Assembly (NCBI GenBank): GCA_963819815.1 | Contig: CAWFXL010000001.1 | Coordinates: forward strand, 960,001-1,024,000 | Source: an uncultured bacterium | GTDB taxonomy: Bacteria; Babelota; Babeliae; Babelales; Babelaceae | Reading direction: 5' to 3' | Length of the DNA: 64,000 nt | Position numbers and translations under genes: made by a program | Shown: piece by piece, positions 28,824 to 37,227 of the stretch | Position numbering within the stretch: the first letter of the stretch is position 1 | Layout of the letters: the number at the start of each line of letters is the position of its first letter | The notes under the pieces: model-generated | What the model was told of the DNA's origin: nothing | The model's database searches: none | Seen by the model: only the letters and a program-made list of their open reading frames with translations

Positions 28824-30185
28824 TTACGCCGCAGCAGGCAACTGAGGTTGCTCTGATAGTTTATTTTTAGAATCTTTATTGTTCATAAGATAGTACAAGA
28901 GACCTGCACCAGCAGCAAGCGCTGTAACAACTCCAACCTTCTTGCCCATTGACCATTTGGCCTTTTTACCATCAACTGGTTGCGTTATCGTAGAGTGCTT
29001 AAAGAGATTTGAGACATCATCCCTGTTGAGAGCTGCAACTTTTTGAGCAATCGTTATCTTCTTAGCAGAATCATAGTAGATTTTGCTAACATCTGCTTTA
29101 ACAAATTCTTGCCATTCCTTCAGATCACTAAATACCGTTGGATCTTTTTCACAGGCTTTAAATAAGGTCAGCAATACTGAATTCTTCAGTGAACGGGCAC
29201 CTTGCACAAGCTTAGCAACAGCTAATGCTTCTTTCCTATGGGTATTCGTCCTTAGATGTTTTGCGAGGCGATCCCCAATAGTCTCAATACGCTTAGCACG
29301 ATCATAAAATACCATATCTATATCTAGAGGAAACTTCAGAAACCAACCTTCGAGTTCAGCATATACTGCATTATCGCATAGGTAGTCCTTAAATAATTCC
29401 CGGAATATTACCTTCTTGCACGAGCGAGCCTCCTGTACAACGGCGGCAACGGCAAGTGCTTCTTTCTTATCCCTCTGAGTTCTTAAACGTTCTGTAATGC
29501 GATCACCAATAGTCTTGCCCGGATCTTGCGGATTGTAGTCTATTTCATCCACATCATCTGCACCTTCGAATGCAACAATCCATTTTTTTATGTCTTCAAG
29601 TACTGTATGATCTTTTTCATAGGCCGCATACAGTGTTTGCATTACTATATCCCTATTTGCACGGTACTCGTCTACAAGAATGGCAACATCTAATGCTGCT
29701 TTTCGGGTATCTTTTGTCTTTAAGCGATCTACGATGTGCTCACCAATGGTTCCGCCATCCTCATTGGCAGGATCATAATAGATATCATCTACATCTAGGT
29801 AGAGATCGTCGGGAAAATCCTCAATCCAATGTTCTAGATCAGCTAATACTGTCTGATCCTCTTCATGAAGTTTATATAATTCCCGAAAAACTGATGACTT
29901 GTCCGAGCTTTCATTAAGAACAAGCCGAGCAACAGTGAGAGCTGCAGCTCGATGTTGGGTGCCCAAAAATGTATTGATGTGCTGACTAACGGTCACACCT
30001 AATGTGTACATCAGTTCATCAACATCAAATGGGTTAGCTCTGAAATGTTCTTCAAAGGCTTCAAAGTGCTTTTGATCCTGAACAGCCCTATCAAGAAGCT
30101 CCTCGGTGACCTGATCAATCACTGCTTGCACCGATCCAAAACCTGAGATTACAAGGCCTACAATTATAAATCGTTTTAATGACAT
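28824..30185 (-). CDS. ~76-aa tandem-repeat protein (4 repeats + cap)
   Basis: Same family; ends LPAAA. Confidence 0.88.
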   Translation of the reverse strand: MSLKRFIIVGLVISGFGSVQAVIDQVTEELLDRAVQDQKHFEAFEEHFRANPFDVDELMYTLGVTVSQHINTFLGTQHRAAALTVARLVLNESSDKSSVFRELYKLHEEDQTVLADLEHWIEDFPDDLYLDVDDIYYDPANEDGGTIGEHIVDRLKTKDTRKAALDVAILVDEYRANRDIVMQTLYAAYEKDHTVLEDIKKWIVAFEGADDVDEIDYNPQDPGKTIGDRITERLRTQRDKKEALAVAAVVQEARSCKKVIFRELFKDYLCDNAVYAELEGWFLKFPLDIDMVFYDRAKRIETIGDRLAKHLRTNTHRKEALAVAKLVQGARSLKNSVLLTLFKACEKDPTVFSDLKEWQEFVKADVSKIYYDSAKKITIAQKVAALNRDDVSNLFKHSTITQPVDGKKAKWSMGKKVGVVTALAAGAGLLYYLMNNKDSKNKLSEQPQLPAAA

Positions 30186-30239
30186 AGCATTCCTTTACGC
30201 TCATGGAAGATAGCTTCAGCTTTTTACGTACCTTAAGCC

Positions 30240-30268
30240 ACAATACCATAAAATAGGTCTCTCTTCAA
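30240..30268 (-). promoter_or_regulatory. Cassette sigma70 promoter copy 5
   Basis: TTGAAG-N17-TATTGT with TGn extension. Confidence 0.75.
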
Positions 30269-30382
30269 AGGCCTTATGTGCTTCTGGCGATGACATATTT
30301 CATTATATCTCATGAGATACCAAAACATCGAAAGCTTTCACCTGAGACATAGAAGCCCTCATTCACTTCACATGCAATGAGA

Positions 30383-30416
30383 AGAGCCTGCACCCTATTA
30401 TAGGAGTACAGGCTCT
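30383..30416 (-). terminator. Cassette terminator hairpin copy 5
   Basis: AGAGCCTG...CAGGCTCT inverted repeat. Confidence 0.75.
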
Positions 30417-30431
30417 CGTAATGATTCTTAG

Positions 30432-31301
30432 TTACGCTGCTGCAGGCAACTGAGGTTGCTCTGATAGTTTATTTTTATCCTTACTATTCATGTAGTAGTA
30501 CAAGAGACCTGCACCAGCAGCTAGTACTACAACTCCAACCTTCTTACCCATCGACAATTGCATCTTTTTACCATCATTGTTTGTCTTAGGGAGATTAAAG
30601 AGTTTCAACAGATCATCCCTATTAAGAGCTTGAATTCTTTCAGCAATCGTTTCAGAACATGCAGGATCAAAGCGAATCACCTTAACATCTACTTTCACAA
30701 ATTCTTGCCATTCCTTCAGATCCCCAAATACCGATTGATCTATTTCATAAGCTTTGTACAAAGTCCGCAGTACTGATTCTTTCTCCGTACGAGCACCCTG
30801 AACAAGCTTAGCAACAGCTAATGCACCTTTCCGAGCACTATGCAATCTTAAGCGCTGAGCAATGCATTCACCAAAGGTCTTGCCTGGATGGACTGGATCA
30901 TGAACCACCGTATCTACATCTAGAGGGAACTGGTCAAACCAATATTTTAGGTCCTTCAGTGCTGTTGGATCGATCACCTGAGCTTTATATAACTGCCTGA
31001 AAACGTCTGACTTATTCGAGCGACGGTTTTGTATAAGCTTAGCAACAGCTAGTACCCCTTCTCTCTGTTTATAGTACAAACGATGAGAAATAAGCTGACC
31101 TATAGTGACACCATCTCTGCTCATAATGGTATCAACATCAACTCGATTTTTATTGAAGTACTCTTCAAAGGCTTTATAGCCAGCTTGGTCCCGAAGAGCC
31201 CCCTTAAGAAGGTTTTTGAAAGTCTTAAGATCAAACGTAGCTTGAATCGATCCAAAGAATGAGACTATAAGGGTTACCATCAGGAGTCGTTTTACGTACA
31301 T
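30432..31301 (-). CDS. ~76-aa tandem-repeat protein (2 repeats + cap)
   Basis: Shortest family member; ends LPAAA. Confidence 0.88.
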   Translation of the reverse strand: MYVKRLLMVTLIVSFFGSIQATFDLKTFKNLLKGALRDQAGYKAFEEYFNKNRVDVDTIMSRDGVTIGQLISHRLYYKQREGVLAVAKLIQNRRSNKSDVFRQLYKAQVIDPTALKDLKYWFDQFPLDVDTVVHDPVHPGKTFGECIAQRLRLHSARKGALAVAKLVQGARTEKESVLRTLYKAYEIDQSVFGDLKEWQEFVKVDVKVIRFDPACSETIAERIQALNRDDLLKLFNLPKTNNDGKKMQLSMGKKVGVVVLAAGAGLLYYYMNSKDKNKLSEQPQLPAAA

Positions 31302-31352
31302 AGTGTTCCTTTATGGAGATGTATAAGCTTCAACTTTTTCCTACTGTGTACA

Positions 31353-31381
31353 ACAATAGCATAAAATCCCTCTCTCTTCAA
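31353..31381 (-). promoter_or_regulatory. Cassette sigma70 promoter copy 6
   Basis: TTGAAG-N17-TATTGT with TGn extension. Confidence 0.75.
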
Positions 31382-31492
31382 AGGTAGTACATTGCATAAG
31401 AGAAAAGTGCTGTACATTTCTTACTCATGAACCGTTCTTTCCCTCAGGCATTTGCTCCAGCCAATGCCTTCACGAACCCCACTACATGCAAA

Positions 31493-31522
31493 AGAGCCTG
31501 GACTATGATAAGTCCAGGCTCT
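31493..31522 (-). terminator. Cassette terminator hairpin copy 6
   Basis: Perfect 12-bp stem AGAGCCTGGACT / AGTCCAGGCTCT. Confidence 0.8.
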
Positions 31523-31536
31523 CGTACTCATGTAAT

Positions 31537-33105
31537 TTACGCAGCTAGGGTCTGGTGCTCATTTTTAGAATCTTTAGAGTTCATATAATAATAGTAGCAC
31601 AAGACACCTGCACCAGCAGCAAGTGTTGTAAGTCCTAGCGTCTTACCGATTGACCATTTAGCCTTTTTATCATCGGGAGTCTTGGCCTTTGGTTGCGCTG
31701 TAGCAGTTATCTTAAAGAGATTTGTTAGGTCATCTCTCTTAAGAGCTTCAATTCTTTGAGCAATCGTCTCAGGAAGAGCAGGATCAAAACGAATCGCTGT
31801 AATATCTGCGTTAACAAATTCTTGCCATTCTTTTAGATCTGCAAATACGGTTTGATCCTTTTCATACGCTGTATACAAAGTTCGCAATACCGATTCTTTA
31901 TCAGAACGGTCACCCTGTACAAGCTTGGCAACCGCCAATGCATCTTTTCTTGTCTTGTCCTTACTTAAACGCGCTGCAATGCGCTCACCAATGGTTTTAC
32001 CAGCTTTAGCTGGATTATACTGTATCTTATCCACATCATCACCCTCGTACTCATCAAACCAACTTTGCAGTTCTTTCAGTGCTGTTGGATCACTTTCATA
32101 GGCTTTATACAAGGTTTGAAAAACTATATCCTCGTTAGAACGATAATCCTGTACAATCATAGCAATAGCTAATGCATCTTTTCTCGTCGTCTTGTCTTTT
32201 AAAAGCTCGGTAATGCGCTCACCAATAGTCTTGCCTGGATGTGCTAGGTCAGCAGTTTTATCGACATCTTTCTCGAAATCTTTGACCCAACTTTCAAGGT
32301 CTTCAAGCGCTGTTTTATCCTTTTCATAGACTGTATACAAGGTTTGAAATACTACATCCTTGTTCGAACGATGGCTCTGTACAAGCCTAGCAACAGCCAA
32401 TGCTTCTTTTCTCAAAACCCGGTTAGCTAAAAGCTCTGTGATGCCCTCACCAATGGTTTTGCCTGGATGTGCTCCATCAGCAGTCTTGTCTACATCTTCC
32501 TTGAACTCTTCGATCCAATTTTCAAGTTCCGCAAGTGCTGTTTGATCCAATTTACAGAGAGTGTACAAGGTTTGAAATACTTCAACCTTGTTCGAACGAT
32601 CGCCCTGTACAAGCTTAGCAACTGCTAATTCCTGTTTTCTCGTCGCTTGGTAAGTTAAACGTTCTTTAATGCGCGCACCAATAGTCTTCCCTGGCGCATA
32701 GTTCATAGCATCTACATCTTCCTCAAAACCATCAAGCCAACTTTTAAGTTCCTCAAGCGCCGTTGGATCGCTTTCATAGATTGTATACAAGGTTTGAAAT
32801 ACTATATCCTCGTTGGTACGAGCACCCTGAACAAGCTTAGCAACTGCCAATGCTGGTTTTCTAAATTCTTTCTTTTGCAACCGAGCAGTAATGATCCCAC
32901 CTACAGCATTTTTGTTGAAAGTAACTCTATCAACATCATAGGTAACTTTTTTGTACTGTTCTTCAAAGGCTTTATAGTGCTTTAGATCCTCAAGGGCATT
33001 TTTAAGACGTTCTTTGGAAGTCTCATCGAGGCTAGCCATGGCTTGAACCGATCCAAAGCCTGAAACCAAGAGGAGTGTTATAGTTACAATTCGTTTAAAT
33101 AGCAT
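31537..33105 (-). CDS. ~76-aa tandem-repeat protein (5 repeats + cap)
   Basis: Most regular repeats (one counted at 76 aa, DVDKTADGAH...VKDFEK); ends TLAA. Confidence 0.88.
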   Translation of the reverse strand: MLFKRIVTITLLLVSGFGSVQAMASLDETSKERLKNALEDLKHYKAFEEQYKKVTYDVDRVTFNKNAVGGIITARLQKKEFRKPALAVAKLVQGARTNEDIVFQTLYTIYESDPTALEELKSWLDGFEEDVDAMNYAPGKTIGARIKERLTYQATRKQELAVAKLVQGDRSNKVEVFQTLYTLCKLDQTALAELENWIEEFKEDVDKTADGAHPGKTIGEGITELLANRVLRKEALAVARLVQSHRSNKDVVFQTLYTVYEKDKTALEDLESWVKDFEKDVDKTADLAHPGKTIGERITELLKDKTTRKDALAIAMIVQDYRSNEDIVFQTLYKAYESDPTALKELQSWFDEYEGDDVDKIQYNPAKAGKTIGERIAARLSKDKTRKDALAVAKLVQGDRSDKESVLRTLYTAYEKDQTVFADLKEWQEFVNADITAIRFDPALPETIAQRIEALKRDDLTNLFKITATAQPKAKTPDDKKAKWSIGKTLGLTTLAAGAGVLCYYYYMNSKDSKNEHQTLAA

Positions 33106-33153
33106 AGTTTTCCTTTACTGAGGTGTGAGCTTCAATCTTTTACGTACTACTCT

Positions 33154-33182
33154 AACATAGCACAAAATGCGCTACTCTTCAA
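33154..33182 (-). promoter_or_regulatory. Cassette sigma70 promoter copy 7
   Basis: TTGAAG-N17-TATGTT with TGn extension. Confidence 0.75.
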
Positions 33183-33321
33183 AAGCCTTATTTTTATTGC
33201 TATTCCCAAAACGATTCCCTGGTATCTGCAGAATGACACTTTTTTACCATGAAACGCTACCTAGGATTTTTGGTTAAGGAGTAGTTACTATATTCATCAC
33301 CATACATAGATCCACTCATGA

Positions 33322-33348
33322 GAGAGCCTGTACGAGGTACAGGCTCTC
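33322..33348 (-). terminator. Cassette terminator hairpin copy 7
   Basis: Perfect 12-bp stem GAGAGCCTGTAC / GTACAGGCTCTC. Confidence 0.8.
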
Positions 33349-33361
33349 GTATAATACTTAG

Positions 33362-36300
33362 TTACGCTGCCGTAGGAAGAGCTTGCGGCTGGTCAGCACT
33401 ATTCTTTTTAAGATTTTTGTTGATCATATAATAATACACGAAACCTGCGCCAGCAACCACCGCTGCAACCCCAAGAGTTTTGCCCATTGACCAACTGGAT
33501 TGCTTAGGAGCATTAGGTTTGGCATTTGGCACCGGATTTGCCTGGGCTGTAGCAGTTATCTTAAAGAGATTTGATAGGTCATCTCTGCCGAGAGCTTCGA
33601 TCCTTTGGGCGATCGTCTCAGGAAGAGCAGGATCAAATCTAATCGTTGTAACATCAGCATCGACCTTACGTTGCCACTCCTTCAGATCATCAAACACTGA
33701 TTGGTCCTTCTCATAGGCCGCATAGAGGGTTCGCAATACCGATTCTTTATCAGAACGGTCCATCTGAACAATCTCAGCAACAGCTAATGCATCTTTTCTC
33801 GTCGCTGCTGCACTTAAACGCTCAGCAATACGACCACCAATAGTCATACCTGGATTTGTAGGATCATAGTCCGTCGTATCTACGTCCTCTTCGAATCCAT
33901 TGACCCAATTTTCCAGGTCTTTAAACACTGCTGTATCGTTTTCATAGGCTGTATAGAGGGTCTGAAGTACTATATTCTTATTCGAGCGATGATCCCAAAC
34001 AAGTCTAGCAAGGTCCAATGCATCTTTTCGTGTCGCCTTCACACGTAGCTTCTCGGTGATGCACTCACCAATAGTCTTGTTGGGACCTGCTTGATCAGCG
34101 ACCTTATCTACATCTTCCTTAAACGTATCAAGCCACCCTTCCAGGTCATCGAGTGCTGCCGAATCGCTCTCGTAAACTTTAAATAAGGTTTGCAATACTA
34201 CATGCTGATTTGTACGATCATGCTGAACAATTCTAGCAACAGCTAATGCTTCTTTCCTCGTCGCGGCCACGCTTAACCGTTCTGTAAGGCGGTCTCCGAT
34301 GGTCTTGCCTTCATGTGCTGGATCAGCAATCTGGTCTACATCGGGTTCAAACTCATCAACCCAAGTTTTCAGGTCTTCTACTGCAGTTGCGTCACTTTCA
34401 CAGGCTTTACACAAGGTTTGGAACACTCTCAGTTGGTTCGAACGATCCTCCTGTACTATCAGAGCAATAGCCAATGCACGTTTTCTCGTCCTGGCCGATC
34501 GCAACCCTTCTGTGATGCGTCTCCCAATGGTTTCTCCAGGTTTAGATGCATCATAATCGGTTGTATCTACATCTTCCTTATATACTTTGACCCATGATTC
34601 CAGATCCCCTAGTGCCGTCGGATCATTTTCACAAGCTGCACACAAGGCCTGGAATACTACATCCTTCTTCGAACGATCGTCCTGTACAAGCAGAGCAACA
34701 GCCAATGCGTCTGTTCTCGTCCCGTTTGTGCTTAAACGTTCGGTAATACGATCACCAATGGTCTTATCTCGTTTAGCCGAATTATAGCTCAGCTTATCTG
34801 CATTAGGATGGAACTGTTTAACCCAGCTTTTTAAATCACTTAATACAGCAGGGTCCTTTTCATACGCTCTATAGAGAGTTCTGAACACTACGCTCTTATC
34901 TGAACGATGCCGCTGTACAAGCTCAGCAACGGCTAAGGCCTCTGCTCTGTGTGTAGAGTTCAAGCCATCGGTAATAAGCTGTCCTAACGTCTTGTCCGGA
35001 TCATGTAAAAGGACGTCAACATCATAGGTACAAGTACTACATAGTTCTTCAAAAGCTTCATAGGCCGCTTGATCAACAAGAGCCCTCTTAAGAAGCTCAC
35101 CGAAAGTATTAGCATGAGTTCTGTAGCTCTCAATAGCGGGCAAATCCAAAATATCCTCTGGACCGACATTATCAATAGATCGTGCTATTGATAAGTTTGA
35201 ATCGGACTTCATCTTAATAAGATCTATATTCACTCTCTTATCTTTAATAAACTCCTTGAGTGCATCAATTTTGGTCGCATCTATACGGGCAGCTCTCACA
35301 CGTTTACGTAATTCATGTGCTTCAGGTGGATTTGAGCGGAAAGGCTGTAGTGCCGTTCGTAAGGTACTCAGCACACCTTCATGATGATCTGGATTATCAA
35401 GATACCCACCAATAGTACCGTCTGAAAACTTAACCGTATCGATATCTAATGAGTTATCAACAACATGCTGGACAAAAGCGGTAACTCGACTATCAACCTG
35501 ATCTGGTTCAGCAACCAAAGTTTTTCTGAATAGATCACGAACAACCTGGCCATTAAGCATCGCCATAACGTTGTCTTTGTACATAACATCACGACCACTC
35601 AGAGTGTTTACATAGTCAGCAAATGAATCATAATCATCGTAAGCAAAACTTGCAAGCGTAATAGGATTCTCTTGGAATAACAAAAGATGCTCCAGCTCCT
35701 GATGACGAGCCTCATCGCGCAAGCAATGGAGAAGTAAGTTTGTTTTGGCTGAATCACGAGTATTGTGCATCACCCAAAATCTCTTCAAATGAGCACTACC
35801 ATTATCTTCTAAAGGATGGAGTGTATGAAATGTTTTGAGTTCAGCACAGACAACTTTTGTGCGTGCTCTAGTAGCAGGATCACCAAGTTTCGACTTAAGA
35901 TAGTCGTCAAGCGGCATTCCTGTGTACCTTTCAAAAAATGCATCCCAAGAGCTTACGGGAAGATATGCATAGTCGGCAAGGAATGACTTTAGAAGTTTAA
36001 GAGGTACTTTGTCCTCTGTATACTCACAACAGCCAACCACTAAATAGGTGAAAGCCTTCTGTGCATATGAAGGCTGCTCTTCAAATCTCCAATTCTTTAC
36101 TGAAGCAGGGCTTACCCCCTGCAACAGATAGGGCGCACAATGAGCAAGAGTTATTTTTGCATCATCATGGGTAGTTCTTGGATCAAGATCGGTAGCTCCC
36201 TGATCTTCTAACAATCCGATAACCGATCCACCATCGGAATAGTTCAGGGTATCTATAGCAAGTTTTGTATCGGGGTACTGCGCAAAAAAGCTGGTAACAT

Positions 36301-36754
36301 CTTCCGCAGAAATCTTAGCGTTTACCCATTTATCAAATCTTCTGAGAAAAATTGTCTCATCAAAAAGGGCTACGACATCTTTTAGATTTTTTTCCTTGGC
36401 AATGGCTCGGGGAGTCTTTCCATTAACACCCGCCTCTGGATCAGCGTCATAGGTATCAAGAAGACATCTCATTACCTCCTGCGATTGAAGGTCACCACAA
36501 CAAGCAAATTTACCAAGCAGTGTTGTTTGATTCGCATCGCCACTATGATATGCTCCCAAATCTTCTGGCGTTCTAAAGGTTTTCGCCCACGTATCGAGCT
36601 GCGCAATAACACCTGCGGTTCCTCTTTTTTCCTTAAGTAGCTGAGTTGCACTACCATCCCTAAGGAACTGTAGCAAATCATTCTGAGGACCGCTACTTGC
36701 ATACATTGAAGATGCGGATAGACACACTAAACTGGCTATGAACATTTTTGTCAT
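33362..36754 (-). CDS. Large secreted protein: ankyrin-like N-domain, degenerate repeats, 6 canonical ~76-aa repeats + cap, C-terminal anchor
   Basis: Different leader; ANK-like CLLDTYDADPEAGVNGKTPRAIA; repeat region begins near NTFGELLKRALVD; ends LPTAA. Confidence 0.88.
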   Translation of the reverse strand: MTKMFIASLVCLSASSMYASSGPQNDLLQFLRDGSATQLLKEKRGTAGVIAQLDTWAKTFRTPEDLGAYHSGDANQTTLLGKFACCGDLQSQEVMRCLLDTYDADPEAGVNGKTPRAIAKEKNLKDVVALFDETIFLRRFDKWVNAKISAEDVTSFFAQYPDTKLAIDTLNYSDGGSVIGLLEDQGATDLDPRTTHDDAKITLAHCAPYLLQGVSPASVKNWRFEEQPSYAQKAFTYLVVGCCEYTEDKVPLKLLKSFLADYAYLPVSSWDAFFERYTGMPLDDYLKSKLGDPATRARTKVVCAELKTFHTLHPLEDNGSAHLKRFWVMHNTRDSAKTNLLLHCLRDEARHQELEHLLLFQENPITLASFAYDDYDSFADYVNTLSGRDVMYKDNVMAMLNGQVVRDLFRKTLVAEPDQVDSRVTAFVQHVVDNSLDIDTVKFSDGTIGGYLDNPDHHEGVLSTLRTALQPFRSNPPEAHELRKRVRAARIDATKIDALKEFIKDKRVNIDLIKMKSDSNLSIARSIDNVGPEDILDLPAIESYRTHANTFGELLKRALVDQAAYEAFEELCSTCTYDVDVLLHDPDKTLGQLITDGLNSTHRAEALAVAELVQRHRSDKSVVFRTLYRAYEKDPAVLSDLKSWVKQFHPNADKLSYNSAKRDKTIGDRITERLSTNGTRTDALAVALLVQDDRSKKDVVFQALCAACENDPTALGDLESWVKVYKEDVDTTDYDASKPGETIGRRITEGLRSARTRKRALAIALIVQEDRSNQLRVFQTLCKACESDATAVEDLKTWVDEFEPDVDQIADPAHEGKTIGDRLTERLSVAATRKEALAVARIVQHDRTNQHVVLQTLFKVYESDSAALDDLEGWLDTFKEDVDKVADQAGPNKTIGECITEKLRVKATRKDALDLARLVWDHRSNKNIVLQTLYTAYENDTAVFKDLENWVNGFEEDVDTTDYDPTNPGMTIGGRIAERLSAAATRKDALAVAEIVQMDRSDKESVLRTLYAAYEKDQSVFDDLKEWQRKVDADVTTIRFDPALPETIAQRIEALGRDDLSNLFKITATAQANPVPNAKPNAPKQSSWSMGKTLGVAAVVAGAGFVYYYMINKNLKKNSADQPQALPTAA

Positions 36755-37174
36755 ATCTCTCCCAAAAAAAATAGTACGATAGATTGTTTATACATCGCTA
36801 GGTAGTATAGCAGAAATAGGCTATAAATAAAGTCTTACAAGGAGCTTTTGCCCAACACTAGCAACCTTTAGCTTTGGTAAAAGCTCCAAGAGTTTTTCTA
36901 AAGCCGCTCACCAAGAACCTGAGTCATCATCCTCGAGCTTTGGGCACCTATTCCAATCACTGAGTTTGAGAACTGCACATGGAGAGCATGAGCCTTGGTA
37001 CCTCAAAAGGCGATACTACTATACTTGCACTCGATCACGAATCGTCGTAAAACATCTATTGAAGGTTGAGTAGACAATGAATTGGTCGTAACAATACGAG
37101 GAAAGGTCTATCTTGGTTTAGGGCTCTTTTGAAGTAGGCCCCGCCACAATAATGCTCACAGAACGTAAAGAAAA

Positions 37175-37196
37175 GCGCCTATCAATCGATAGGCGC
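37175..37196 (-). terminator. Terminator-like hairpin after 37228..38301
   Basis: GCGCCTATC-AATC-GATAGGCGC, followed by TTTT on the minus strand. Confidence 0.75.
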
Positions 37197-37227
37197 CCTT
37201 ACTTATAACCCTAAATCAGGTGCTTTT

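Noticed and set aside
23694..33365. Repeated hairpins next to TAAC-containing stop codons as integron attC sites
   Set aside because: In the copy examined in detail there is no complementary GTTRRRY box, and no integrase is present in the window. The genes are paralogs with their own promoters, and the hairpins fit intrinsic terminators.
23741..36754. TALE-like or DGR-diversified repeat proteins
   Set aside because: Repeats are ~76 aa and far more divergent than TALE repeats, with no two-residue code visible. There is no reverse transcriptase, and I saw no adenine-specific template/variable repeat pair.
36841..37150. tRNA-like or tmRNA element (hairpin at 36841-36887; GGCCCCGCCA near 37140)
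   Set aside because: No T-arm consensus or cloverleaf and no tmRNA 5' end; an Rfam scan would be needed to rescue it.
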